Part shown: one piece after another, positions 1 to 9,875 of the stretch
How the letters are laid out: each line of letters starts with the position of its first letter
How positions within the stretch are numbered: position 1 is the first letter of the stretch
Source of the DNA: Bythopirellula sp.
GTDB taxonomy: Bacteria; Planctomycetota; Planctomycetia; Pirellulales; Lacipirellulaceae
DNA length: 64,000 bases
Direction of reading: 5' to 3'
NCBI GenBank assembly: GCA_965216565.1
Contig: OZ244170.1
Coordinates: forward strand, 1,696,001 to 1,760,000
Notes under the pieces: generated by a model
Told to the model about the DNA's origin: nothing
The model's database searches: none
The model's input: only the letters and a program-made list of their open reading frames with translations
Translations under genes and position numbers: made by a program

Positions 1-614
1 TGGCTTACGAGCAATAAACACCCAATCGCGCCGACGGCACAAGGAATATACGCAAACGAAAGCATCATCGCTGGCAGGTAGGCGTAGTAGTACCAGGGCG
101 CTGAAACAACCAGACCGTAGGCAACCATCATGGGGCTAGCTAACAGAAAGAACCCCCAGCTACTGAATAGGAGGGCTTCCTGGAATCGGTAAAACACAAG
201 CCGCTCGTCACGCACTGGTAGAACCATTAAGAATGTGGTCTCAGGAGTCGAATAAAGGCTGCCGTAGAAAATGATTCCCGAAGAAAATACCAGCATCACT
301 TGCAACGAGACGAAGAATAGCGCGAACACGAATTGAACAGTTTCTGCATGATAGATAGCACCCGGCGAACCGACACGAGCGACAACAAAATCGAATCCTG
401 AATAGAACAACGCAAACAAGCCGACCCAAAAGAAAACGCTAAGGCCGATGACTAGACTTGTGCGAAGCCGAGCTTGGGAGAACAAATACTTGATTTGGTT
501 TCGGCACACCCTGGACCGCAGCTTCAAAAAGATTTGCCCTTCGCGTTCATGCGAGGGCAACCTCTCTAAGGTCGCATTTTGCTGTTGCTCGGTGAGAATC
601 GTTGTGCTGGACAT
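1..614 (-). CDS. Putative ABC transporter permease (runs off window start)
   Basis: Manual translation from ATG at 614 (MSSTTILTEQQ...VIGLSVFFWVGLFALFY...FFVSLQVMLVFSSGIIFY...FQEALLFSSWGFFL) shows several TM helices; lies directly downstream of the ABC ATPase. Confidence 0.8.
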   Translation of the reverse strand, partial: MSSTTILTEQQQNATLERLPSHEREGQIFLKLRSRVCRNQIKYLFSQARLRTSLVIGLSVFFWVGLFALFYSGFDFVVARVGSPGAIYHAETVQFVFALFFVSLQVMLVFSSGIIFYGSLYSTPETTFLMVLPVRDERLVFYRFQEALLFSSWGFFLLASPMMVAYGLVVSAPWYYYAYLPAMMLSFAYIPCAVGAIGCLLLVS

Positions 615-626
615 GCGAACCACCCT

Positions 627-1349
627 CTATTTTTCCATCAATGCTAGATAGAGGGATTCCAGCGAGCCATCGGTCGTCGGCACTTCATTCCGCAATGCGG
701 ACACCGTACCATCGAAAACCAATTCCCCGGCCCGCATTACACTTACACGATTGGCAATCTCTTCGGCCACCGAAAGCGTGTGCGTCGACATCAACACGGT
801 TCTTCCCTGAGAGGCATAGTCTCGCAGCAAGTCTTTCACCAGTCGGATGCTCAGCGGATCGAGCCCCACCATCGGTTCGTCGACCACCAAAATCTCTGGT
901 TGATGAATCAATGCAGCCGCAAAGACGGTCCGTTGCCGCATGCCGTGGGAATAGCTTTCAGTGAGTTGGTCGAGAAACTCGCGCAATTCGAATCGCCCCG
1001 CTTCGCGATCGATGGCTTCTTCCACCTCAGATGTTGTGAGACCAAACATTTCCCCCACGAATTGCAGAAACTCTCTCCCAGAGAGCTTCTCATAAAGGAA
1101 AGGCTGGTCGGGCACATAGCCAATGAGCCGGCTCACTTCTCGCTTATGCTCAACGACATCGAATCCGTTGACGGTAATGGCTCCTGCACTCGGCCGTAGA
1201 AGTCCGACCAGCATTTTCAGCGTGGTGCTCTTGCCTGCACCATTGTGCCCCAGCAGGGTCACCACTTCGCCGGGTGAAACCTTGAGTTGAAGCTGCTTCA
1301 CAGCAACTCGGCTACCGTATTTCCTCGTCACGCCTTGAATGTCGATCAT
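627..1349 (-). CDS. ABC transporter ATP-binding protein
   Basis: Walker A GHNGAGKST, signature YSHGMRQR, Walker B ILVVDEP, H-loop STH. Confidence 0.95.
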   Translation of the reverse strand: MIDIQGVTRKYGSRVAVKQLQLKVSPGEVVTLLGHNGAGKSTTLKMLVGLLRPSAGAITVNGFDVVEHKREVSRLIGYVPDQPFLYEKLSGREFLQFVGEMFGLTTSEVEEAIDREAGRFELREFLDQLTESYSHGMRQRTVFAAALIHQPEILVVDEPMVGLDPLSIRLVKDLLRDYASQGRTVLMSTHTLSVAEEIANRVSVMRAGELVFDGTVSALRNEVPTTDGSLESLYLALMEK

Positions 1350-1607
1350 GCCTGAGTATCTGTTCTGGTTGTGGTCTACGGTAACTCGAAAGGCATAGTG
1401 CGAGACGTGATGTTAGCAATAAGACTCATGCACACTTGTTATGGGGTCCCAATTCCTCACTGGGAATTGATAGCGATCGTAATCTGCATGGCGGTCCTTG
1501 AGAACAGGCTAATTCCGACGAAGAAGAATTCTGAAGCGAATACAAACCAGAGAGGCCGATTCGTTGCGCTATTCGAACAACACATTTCGAGGCCAAGTAC
1601 TGTACAG

Positions 1608-2510
1608 TTAGAACTGAATCTCGGCCCCGGTTCGCACTAACTCGTCTAGGAGTTCTTTGCTGACCGACTTGGCGTTTTCGTCGTCGAGACGGATGAACCT
1701 CAGTTTCGATTTGCCTAGAAAGACGTCACGTCTCAGCACTCTGCCGGTTGGTTCAACCCAGCACTCAGCTTGAAGCCGAGCCTCCTTTGCGATACCGGAG
1801 ACATTCATCGAGCGATACTCAATGCGAAACGATTCCCTCACTTCGTCGCCGACGAATATCTGATCGCGTGCCACCACCTCGGCTATGAGAACTTCGACCG
1901 GGTCTCCGGGCGAATGGAACGGACTATAAACCTCTTCCCGCCATGTGCGCCCCACGTACATCTCTGGTAGAGAAGCCGAGGGAAACAGAATCTCGTTCAT
2001 CGACTGACTTTCCGGCAGATAGATGGAGGTGGTGTAAGACATCTCTCCAGAGCGGACACGCAGCTCTAAATTCGAATCTTCCACCCGACCAGTCATTTTC
2101 AATACCGAGGGCAAATCGTTGATGTTAATGCGGCTATCGAATGACGAAAAATTACCCAGGGCATCAAATTCAATTCGCGTTTTGGCATCGAACGAAATAT
2201 CGCCAAAGCTGCCGACAGTGGTTCGCATCCAGGTCGGTGCCAGATCCATCAAGGGAATTTCTGTGAGACTCACTCGATTGTGTAAATCCGTCGAGCCGCC
2301 GGCACCTTCAAGACGCACGCTGGCAGCCTCGCCCACGACACGACCTTCCCATTCCACATGCCAGGCTACCGCCTTGCCATTTTCGTAGGACCTTTCGATC
2401 GGGGGCTCGCCTTCAAAAAGCGAAGGAAGAATGCGATCGTTAATCAGCCAACTCATGCTGGCTAACCACAAAGCGACCACTGCCAAAACGAATAGACGAT
2501 TGGCGATCAC
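1608..2510 (-). CDS. Membrane-anchored hypothetical protein, first gene of ABC locus
   Basis: 300-aa ORF with N-terminal TM helix and beta-rich body, co-oriented with ABC genes. Confidence 0.7.
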   Translation of the reverse strand: MIANRLFVLAVVALWLASMSWLINDRILPSLFEGEPPIERSYENGKAVAWHVEWEGRVVGEAASVRLEGAGGSTDLHNRVSLTEIPLMDLAPTWMRTTVGSFGDISFDAKTRIEFDALGNFSSFDSRININDLPSVLKMTGRVEDSNLELRVRSGEMSYTTSIYLPESQSMNEILFPSASLPEMYVGRTWREEVYSPFHSPGDPVEVLIAEVVARDQIFVGDEVRESFRIEYRSMNVSGIAKEARLQAECWVEPTGRVLRRDVFLGKSKLRFIRLDDENAKSVSKELLDELVRTGAEIQF

Positions 2511-2794
2511 GCGAAGGTACTCCCTATGGGTACAATCTCAAGCATCCTTATCCCCAAGAATGCCCAGTAGCACGGCCTACGATCATAATTGATCAAGCCA
2601 AATCCAAAGAGAGCAGCACCAAAAAAGTAGCGAGTACTGCTTCCCCACTGGAAACCTGTCGACCGCCTTATTCTATCGTGAGTTCGCCAAAAAATCGACA
2701 AACTTGTCGATAGCGCTAAGAAACCGCACAAAAACGGCAATATTCGCACACAATGGTGCTGGCAGTCGGCTCAGCGGGAGGGCCTAAACGCGGA

Positions 2795-3442
2795 TCAATT
2801 CGCGGTTGCTGTGACTGCCTCAATGAGTTGATCGACCGTGTAGATGCCTCGATTTTCGGGCTGCGGTGCCTTCTGGAGGGGCTCTTCGGCACTAGATTGC
2901 TCAGGGGCAGGCTGCGCGTTTGTTGGCGTTTCCGACCGAGATAATACATACTCGACCAGTCGACGGTGGTCGTTCGCAGCCAAAGCCTCTTGAATTGCCG
3001 TCAGGCCAGCGATTTCGTGGCTCAGCATGTCCAACCGACCGTATCCGCCTATTTTTGATGCTGTGACCCGCAGAACCTCCGCCCCTCGCTTTTTATAAAA
3101 CAACTGAACAAGTCGGGAACGATCGAGGCTGACTCGACTAACCACTTCTGGGCGCGAGACTATTCCAGCTAGTCCAACCCTGCGTAGGTAGCTCTGCAGA
3201 CCCTTTACTTGGGATCGAGTGAGCAAATCGTCAGAATGGAAGGAACCTGAGGATTCAAAGTAGCGTCGTATAGTTCCGGCCAGATGCTCCTGATCGGCTG
3301 CCATTTTGGCCTGCTCGTCTTTTGTCGGCTCCTCAGCCGAGATTGAGCTGCTGAGTAAAGAGACACCAAGAAAACTGGCTACTAGTAGTCTAAAACAAGA
3401 TTTCATTGAGATTAGTCGGCTGGGCCTTGAGGATTTAGACAT
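2795..3442 (-). CDS. Secreted hypothetical protein
   Basis: 215 aa, signal-peptide-like N-terminus (LLVASFLGVSLLSSSISA-EE). Confidence 0.65.
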   Translation of the reverse strand: MSKSSRPSRLISMKSCFRLLVASFLGVSLLSSSISAEEPTKDEQAKMAADQEHLAGTIRRYFESSGSFHSDDLLTRSQVKGLQSYLRRVGLAGIVSRPEVVSRVSLDRSRLVQLFYKKRGAEVLRVTASKIGGYGRLDMLSHEIAGLTAIQEALAANDHRRLVEYVLSRSETPTNAQPAPEQSSAEEPLQKAPQPENRGIYTVDQLIEAVTATAN

Positions 3443-3729
3443 GCCACAGACTAGCGATATAGGGCAATCCTCTCCCTTGAGAGTGCTGCTTAGGCTGTGA
3501 CCTGATGGTCAAATCTAGCTTATGCGCAAGCTTGACCAGGGTGATAAATCCCTACAACAGAACAACTTAGAGTCATAGAGAAGCCAATTTTACCGATTTT
3601 GAGTTGGGTATCGCCACTGGGGGGTTTGAAGAAGGCCTATCTCGCGTTTATGCTGTACCATCTCTTATCGATGTTATGTTGTCGGGGCGTGGTTCCAACG
3701 GAATTGAAGTAACCCTGCAGGAGTGACAA

Positions 3730-3969
3730 ATGGCCGATAATGTCTATTTCGTGCAAGAATGCCCCACATGTGGTCGCAATCTTCAAGTGCGCGTGAAGTA
3801 CCTTGGCAAACGGGTATCCTGCCAACACTGCGGTGCCAAATTCGAGGCCTGCGATCCTTCCTCGGGAACCTATCCCCCGATGGAGTCGAGCCTTTCCCTA
3901 TTGGTGCGTGCCGAGGAGTTGCTAGAAGCCTCGATGAGTTCCACCAAGCTCCAATCTGAGCTTAACTAG
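3730..3969 (+). CDS. Small zinc-ribbon protein
   Basis: CPTC...CQHC motif; AGGAG RBS before ATG. Confidence 0.8.
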   Translation: MADNVYFVQECPTCGRNLQVRVKYLGKRVSCQHCGAKFEACDPSSGTYPPMESSLSLLVRAEELLEASMSSTKLQSELN

Positions 3970-4015
3970 CTCGAAGTGATTCGCAGTTTGTCACTCGAGA
4001 CCCGACAGAGTCGAA

Positions 4016-5341
4016 TCACTGACTCAACGCGAGCATGTCGTCGAAGAACTTGGGGTACGTCTTCACGGTGCACTCGGGATTCTTGATGACAACTCCGGAA
4101 ATCCTGAGTCCGGCAATGGCGAAGCTCATTGCCATGCGGTGATCGTTGTACGTATCGATTTCAGCTGACCGCAATCCATGGGGCTCGATTTCCAGCCCGT
4201 CGTCGAATTCAGAAACCTTGGCACCCAGTTTTCTCAGCTCGGTTGCCACCGCGGCAATACGATCCGTTTCTTTATGCCGTATGTGGGCAACGTTGCGAAT
4301 GCGAGTCGTGCCCTTGGCAAATAAAGCGACGACCGCCAGAGTTTGCACCGTATCGCTAATGCCATTCATATCGACATCAATGCCCCGTAACTCACCGCCG
4401 GATACTGTTGTTTGACCAATTTCTCGTGAAACTTTGCATCCCATCTCTTCTAAGCAGTCCACAAATTGCACATCGCCCTGCAGGCTCGACGAGTCCAGAT
4501 CCGTCACTGTTACCTTACCGCCAGTAACCGCTGCCGCGCCCCAAAAATAACTCGCGGCCGAGGCATCGGGTTCAATTGTGTATTCGCTTCCGCTGTATCC
4601 GCCCTCTCGTGAGATCGTGATTCGTTCGTAGCGATCGTCGTGCGTCGCCGTCACACCAAATTCACGCATCACAGCGAGAGTCATCTCCACATAGGGGACA
4701 GAAACCAAAGTGCCTTCGACTCGTACTGTAACAGGCTCAGCCGCACAGGGGGCCGCCATTAGCAAACCACTTAAGAATTGGCTTGATATATCTCCGCGGA
4801 TTGCTGCCTCGCCGCCAGACAAACCCCGCGCCTCGACGGTAACCGGCGGGCATTCACCAGCAGTCTCGCAATTCACGACCGCGCCAAGTTGGCCCAGTGC
4901 GATCGCCAAGTCTTTGATCGGTCTTTCCCGCATGCGGGCAATGCCGTCCAAACGATATTCACCGGTTCCCAGGGTAGCAAGTGCAGTCAAAAAACGGATC
5001 GTCGTGCCACTGTTGCCAACGTGAATATCCGCATTGGCTGCAGGAATTTTTCCACCACAGCCGGCTACAGTCAGCATTTGGCCATCGTGTTCAGTCTTGA
5101 TCTCAATCCCCAAAGATCTCAGACCCGCGATCATCACCTGCGTGTCTTCGCTGTCGAGAGCCCCGCTCAAGACCGATTTCCCCTCTGCCAGGGCAGCGCA
5201 AATGAGTGCTCGATTCGTAATACTCTTCGAGCCAGGCGGGCGGACGATGGCATCGATCGGTTTCGAAACAAGCGGTATCGCGATTTCTTCTGGAAACTTA
5301 GCCAATTCTATTCTCGGTGCTTTGTCCAAACGTGTTATCAC
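4016..5341 (-). CDS. aroA: 3-phosphoshikimate 1-carboxyvinyltransferase (EPSP synthase)
   Basis: PGSKSITNR, GNSGTTIRF, SSQFLS, RHKETDRI, DHRMAM motifs; true start may be slightly downstream. Confidence 0.97.
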   Translation of the reverse strand: MITRLDKAPRIELAKFPEEIAIPLVSKPIDAIVRPPGSKSITNRALICAALAEGKSVLSGALDSEDTQVMIAGLRSLGIEIKTEHDGQMLTVAGCGGKIPAANADIHVGNSGTTIRFLTALATLGTGEYRLDGIARMRERPIKDLAIALGQLGAVVNCETAGECPPVTVEARGLSGGEAAIRGDISSQFLSGLLMAAPCAAEPVTVRVEGTLVSVPYVEMTLAVMREFGVTATHDDRYERITISREGGYSGSEYTIEPDASAASYFWGAAAVTGGKVTVTDLDSSSLQGDVQFVDCLEEMGCKVSREIGQTTVSGGELRGIDVDMNGISDTVQTLAVVALFAKGTTRIRNVAHIRHKETDRIAAVATELRKLGAKVSEFDDGLEIEPHGLRSAEIDTYNDHRMAMSFAIAGLRISGVVIKNPECTVKTYPKFFDDMLALSQ

Positions 5342-5432
5342 TGCAGGGCGGATAAGTTATTCTAGAGATAAGATCGAGTCAGTCCTAGCCACGCTTTTCA
5401 CCTCGCTGAGGCACACAAAGGAATAAACATAG

Positions 5433-7694
5433 ATGGGACGCATCAAAACTGGTGGAGGTTGGCCCGCAGTCAAGTACACGTTTCAAAAGGCTCGCGAGGC
5501 AGGTGGCCTTTGGAAATTGTGGAAGGCAATGCGCTCCAAGAATGCCTGCAAGACCTGCGCGCTGGGCATGGGTGGACAGCAAGGTGGCATGGTCAACGAA
5601 TCGGGACACTTCCCCGAAGTCTGCAAAAAATCGTTGCAAGCCATGGTCGCCGACATGCAGGGAGCTATCACCGCCGACTTCTGGGGCGAATACGTTCCCG
5701 AAAAACTTCGCGAGCTCTCCCCACGCGAATTGGAGAACTGTGGTCGCCTCATCCAACCCGTGCTTTATACACCCGAGACCAAGCGGTACCAGCCGATCTC
5801 CTGGGAGAACGCCTTTGATCGGATCGCAAACAAGCTGCGAGAACTTTCGGCGGACGAAACCTTTTGGTACTTCAGTGGACGCAGTAGCAACGAGGCCGGC
5901 TTTTTGCTGCAGATGTTTGCCCGCATTTATGGCACGAACAACGTCAACAATTGTAGCTACTACTGCCACCAGGCTAGTGGAGTAGGCCTGAGCAGCGTCA
6001 CCGGAAGCGGCACGGCAACCATCACGCTAGAAGACCTCGACGAAGCCGATCTGGTCTTCGTCATCGGTGGCAACCCCGCCAGCAATCATCCCCGCCTGAT
6101 GCGCACCCTCATGCAAGTGCGTCGGCGCGGTGGAGAGGTGATCGTCATCAACCCGCTGGTAGAAACTGGTCTGGTGAACTTCAGTGTGCCCAGTGACGTA
6201 CGCAGTCTGTTGTTCGGTTCCGAAATTGCCAGCCTCTATGTCCAGCCGCACATCGGGGGCGACCTGGCGTTGCTGACCGGCATCGCCAAGCGAATTGTTG
6301 AACTCGGCGAACACGACCAGTCGTTCCTCGAGAATTCCTGCGATGGCTGGCCGGAACTTGCTGCCGAGCTTGAATCGACTAGCTGGGAGCAGATCGTCGA
6401 AAAGAGTGGCGTGAGCCGCGAGCAGATCAACGAAATCGCCGCAAGGTATGCTCGCAGTAATAGTGCCGTGTTCAGTTGGACCATGGGCATTACACACCAC
6501 GCCCACGGCGTACAAAATGTTCAGGCGATTGCCAATTTGGCACTGCTCCGCGGCATGGTGGGCCGACAGGGTGCGGGGCTATTGCCGATCCGCGGTCACT
6601 CTAACGTCCAAGGGATCGGCTCCGTGGGAGTCACGCCAAAGCTCAAAGACGCCATCTTCGAGCGACTCCAGTCGCACTTCGATGTGAAGCTTCCCACCTC
6701 TGTTGGTCGAGACACCATGGAATGTATGCAAGGGGCTGAGGAAGGTTCGCTCAAGTTCGGACTCTGTTTGGGCGGCAACCTGTATGGGTCGAACCCTGAC
6801 TCTACCTACGCCGAAACCGCCTTGAAAAACCTCGACATGCTGGTGTACATGAGCACCACGCTCAACACGGGCCACGCCTTTGGACTAGCAAAGGAAACGA
6901 TCATTCTGCCAGTGCTGGCCCGTGACGAAGAACCGCAACCCACGACCCAAGAATCCATGTTCAATTACGTCCGCCTCAGCGACGGAGGACCCGAACGACT
7001 TCCCGGCCCTCGGAGCGAGGTGGAAGTCATCGCCTCCATCGCCCAGCGCACTCTCCCCAATGACGAACCCGCTTCAGCGGGCGCAGCCCCCCAGAACAAA
7101 ATCGACTGGAACGCCATGCGGCAAACAGGCCGCATCCGCGAGGCGATTGCCAAGATTGTGCCCGGCTACGAGAAAATCGAATCGATCGCCGAGTCGAAGG
7201 AAGAATTCCAAATCGGAGGACGCACGTTCCACCTACCCAAGTTCGCAACCGCCAGCGGCAACGCACAGCTCCACACGCACAAATTGCCTGAGCTACGCGG
7301 CCAGGCCGACGACGAATTGCGGGTCATGACAATCCGCAGCGAAGGTCAATTCAACACCGTGGTCTACGAAGAAAACGATCTCTATCGCAACGTCGATCGA
7401 CGCGACGTGATTCTGATTCATCCCGAAGACATGCAGCGGATGGGGCTCGACCCCTCGAAGCGGGTGACGATCACCGGACCAGCAGGCTCCATGGAAGGCA
7501 TTCGCCTGCACCCCTTCCACGAAATCCGCCCCGGTAACGCGGCCATGTATTACCCCGAGGCCAATGTGCTGGTGAGCCGCCAACTCGATCCCGCGAGCAA
7601 AACACCCGCATTCAAGGGAGTCGTGGTCACAGTAAGCCAGGCAGCGCAACAGTCGGTGCCGGACGAACAAACCGCATCACCCACGGCAGTTTAG
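5433..7694 (+). CDS. FdhF/YdeP family molybdopterin oxidoreductase
   Basis: SGRSSNEA, NNCSYYCHQAS, GGNPASNHPR, PIRGHSNVQG, TIRSEGQFNT, SKTPAFK motifs. Confidence 0.92.
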   Translation: MGRIKTGGGWPAVKYTFQKAREAGGLWKLWKAMRSKNACKTCALGMGGQQGGMVNESGHFPEVCKKSLQAMVADMQGAITADFWGEYVPEKLRELSPRELENCGRLIQPVLYTPETKRYQPISWENAFDRIANKLRELSADETFWYFSGRSSNEAGFLLQMFARIYGTNNVNNCSYYCHQASGVGLSSVTGSGTATITLEDLDEADLVFVIGGNPASNHPRLMRTLMQVRRRGGEVIVINPLVETGLVNFSVPSDVRSLLFGSEIASLYVQPHIGGDLALLTGIAKRIVELGEHDQSFLENSCDGWPELAAELESTSWEQIVEKSGVSREQINEIAARYARSNSAVFSWTMGITHHAHGVQNVQAIANLALLRGMVGRQGAGLLPIRGHSNVQGIGSVGVTPKLKDAIFERLQSHFDVKLPTSVGRDTMECMQGAEEGSLKFGLCLGGNLYGSNPDSTYAETALKNLDMLVYMSTTLNTGHAFGLAKETIILPVLARDEEPQPTTQESMFNYVRLSDGGPERLPGPRSEVEVIASIAQRTLPNDEPASAGAAPQNKIDWNAMRQTGRIREAIAKIVPGYEKIESIAESKEEFQIGGRTFHLPKFATASGNAQLHTHKLPELRGQADDELRVMTIRSEGQFNTVVYEENDLYRNVDRRDVILIHPEDMQRMGLDPSKRVTITGPAGSMEGIRLHPFHEIRPGNAAMYYPEANVLVSRQLDPASKTPAFKGVVVTVSQAAQQSVPDEQTASPTAV

Positions 7695-7828
7695 AAAAGT
7701 GCGTCGCCGAATGAGAATTCGAGACGGCCACGTGGTTTAGAACGACGAGGCGGGTAAAAAGAAACCGTCGTCGCAGGATGGTGCCGCCAGGCACATTCGA
7801 TATCGGAGGCTCACGAACGATAGAAATC

Positions 7829-7931
7829 GGTGGGCCGCCGCTTCGCTTTGGTCCACCCTACAACCTTTGGCCCACCCTACAACCAGCCCCGACAGGGGCG
7901 ACAGTTAGTAGCCAGGGGCGCCAGCCCCTGG
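7829..7931. repeat. Cluster of REP-like palindromes
   Basis: Minus strand GTAG-GGTGGACC...GGCCCACC hairpin with a partial tandem duplicate (ctttggtccaccctacaac / ctttggcccaccctacaac), then agccccgacaggggcgacag...ccaggggcgccagcccctgg double hairpin. Confidence 0.7.
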
Positions 7932-7934
7932 TTA

Positions 7935-7978
7935 AAAGATTAGGACCCAGGGTAGATCGCATCGCGATCAACCCTGGG
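7935..7978 (-). terminator. Intrinsic-terminator-like hairpin
   Basis: cccagggttgatcgc-gat-gcgatctaccctggg (one mismatch) followed by tcctaatctttt on the minus strand. Confidence 0.55.
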
Positions 7979-8165
7979 CACTGGTATGTATCCTCTGCGA
8001 GAAATGCACTTGCCCACAGCGAAAAACACCTGGAACATCATTGCCTGCAAAACCGCATGGATGCGAGTACACCCCTCCCATCCCCATCGCCGGGAACTCC
8101 CTGCCGGCGAGACGCGTCCAAGTGGTGTGCGTCGAGGTGTCGACAAGTTCTCCCCTGAGACACCC
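7935..8165 (-). ncRNA. Candidate structured small RNA (four hairpins plus terminator)
   Basis: Consecutive stem-loops at 8136-8164, 8111-8133, 8087-8110 and 8059-8083, three with GGA in the loop; terminal 15-bp hairpin; GACAAT -10-like hexamer at 8169-8174. Confidence 0.4.
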
Positions 8166-8375
8166 AGTATTGTCAGAATTTCCGTAAGAATCGACCCGCT
8201 ACAGACTTGTACTTTGCGGCACGGATCGGAAAATGCGGGTCAGACCATGTGGCAGTGTGATTCTAGCCACGACCTTCGATTATAATGACAGCTGGAACTA
8301 CAGGCCCCAAATCGGCGTCCGCCGTATCTGCTCAGACCCATCTAGATTTCTCTTTGATCTACCGAGAGTGAAACT

Positions 8376-9866
8376 ATGACACGAATATTCTACTCCTTGA
8401 TATTTGCTTGCACGATTCTTGCCGCTCCGTTGTGCTGCAGCACCTTTGCCGCGACCTCGGATCTTCCCGCCACTCTTGCCGGCGAGATTCCCGACGATTG
8501 GGAAGAGCAAATCGATGAAAAAACCGAATCGTTGCCGGAAGAAATTCGCGAAACAATGCGTGAGAAGCTGAAAGAAGCCGTCCGCCGCCAGCTAGAAAAG
8601 CAATCTTCAGAAAGTGAAGAGACAACCGAGGAATCGGAGGACGAATCCGAAAGCAAGGGATCTGAATCCAAGGAGAATGACGCCAAGGAAGAAGAGAAGA
8701 CTGAAAAGAAGGAGAAACCCAAGAAGGATCCGCTCTCAGAAGAATCTAAGAAACTGAAGGCTGAAATCGAACTCATCAGTACACGGTTTAAGCACCAGAT
8801 TGCCCTTTATGAGAAACAGATTGAAGCGCAGCGATTGCAAAATGAGAAATCGAAAATCGATTTGAAGTTGGAAGAAGAACGAATCGCACGGCAAGCCAAG
8901 ACCATGCAACGCGAACGGGATCGCATGAAGCTGGAGATCGAGCTCATCAAAGGCCGTTCCGCTCTGGAACAGGCTCAGCACTCTGCCGAGTTGGCAGCAG
9001 CCAAGGCGGAGAAAGAGCGGCTGGAAATGCAACTCTCGATGGAGAATACCAAGGAGAGCTTTGAAGATCGCATTCTCGGCGAAGAAAACTATCCTGATCA
9101 GCCGTTTCGAGATGGCGAACTAACCATCAGCTTACGCCGCATAGAGCTCAATGGTCCCATCTACCAGGGTACCGCAGACTATGTGTGTCAGAGGCTTCAC
9201 TATTACAACAATCAATCGTCGAAGCCCATCTTTCTTGTGATCGACAATTGCCCGGGCGGTTCGGCGATCGAGGGAATGCAAATTGTACAGGCGATTGAGA
9301 AGAGTAAGGCCCCCGTCCACGTGGTCGTAAAGCGATTCGCAGCCAGTATGGCAGCGATTATCACCACGCTGGCTGACCACTCTTACTGCTATCCCGATTC
9401 AATCATCCTCCATCACCAGGCGAGCAGCATGTTATACGGCACAGGCCGCGACATTGAGGATCAAGTTCGCCAATTCAAGGAAATCTCCGAACGACTCATC
9501 GGAGCCGTCGCCGAAAAAATTGGCATTTCCGAAGAGCAGTTTATCGATCAAATGTACGAGAATCGCGCCTCCGGCGACTGGGATTTGTTCGGCGACGACG
9601 CGGTTGAGAAAAAGTGGGTGGGTCACATTGCGACTACCATTCGCGAAGAAGGAATCCGCAAGCGTCCCACAGGCACACGAAAACCGCCAAGCTTACGTCT
9701 GATCCTGGGCGAGAACGAGCAGCAAGCGGCCGCCGGTTACTTGGAGCGTTACGAAGTAGCGCTGCCCGAGCAGACCGACGAAAAGGGCCAGCGGTTCATT
9801 CGTCTGCCACGGCTTAATCCGGTTGACGCCTGGCTAATCTACAACCCAGACAACTATTATCGTTAA
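8376..9866 (+). CDS. Exported ClpP-family (peptidase S14-like) protease with N-terminal coiled coil
   Basis: Signal peptide, ~200-aa Glu/Lys coiled coil, then IDNCPGGS, AASMAA (Ser), LHHQAS (His), GDWDL (Asp candidate). Confidence 0.85.
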   Translation: MTRIFYSLIFACTILAAPLCCSTFAATSDLPATLAGEIPDDWEEQIDEKTESLPEEIRETMREKLKEAVRRQLEKQSSESEETTEESEDESESKGSESKENDAKEEEKTEKKEKPKKDPLSEESKKLKAEIELISTRFKHQIALYEKQIEAQRLQNEKSKIDLKLEEERIARQAKTMQRERDRMKLEIELIKGRSALEQAQHSAELAAAKAEKERLEMQLSMENTKESFEDRILGEENYPDQPFRDGELTISLRRIELNGPIYQGTADYVCQRLHYYNNQSSKPIFLVIDNCPGGSAIEGMQIVQAIEKSKAPVHVVVKRFAASMAAIITTLADHSYCYPDSIILHHQASSMLYGTGRDIEDQVRQFKEISERLIGAVAEKIGISEEQFIDQMYENRASGDWDLFGDDAVEKKWVGHIATTIREEGIRKRPTGTRKPPSLRLILGENEQQAAAGYLERYEVALPEQTDEKGQRFIRLPRLNPVDAWLIYNPDNYYR

Positions 9867-9875
9867 AGTATGGGT

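Noticed and set aside
1371..1640. 89-aa plus-strand ORF within the ABC locus
   Set aside because: Antisense to the operon, overlaps the upstream gene end, and has no recognisable features.
7940..8146. 68-aa minus-strand ORF
   Set aside because: No recognisable motif, and it runs through strong hairpins including the terminator. An RNA interpretation is preferred, though the ORF is not excluded.
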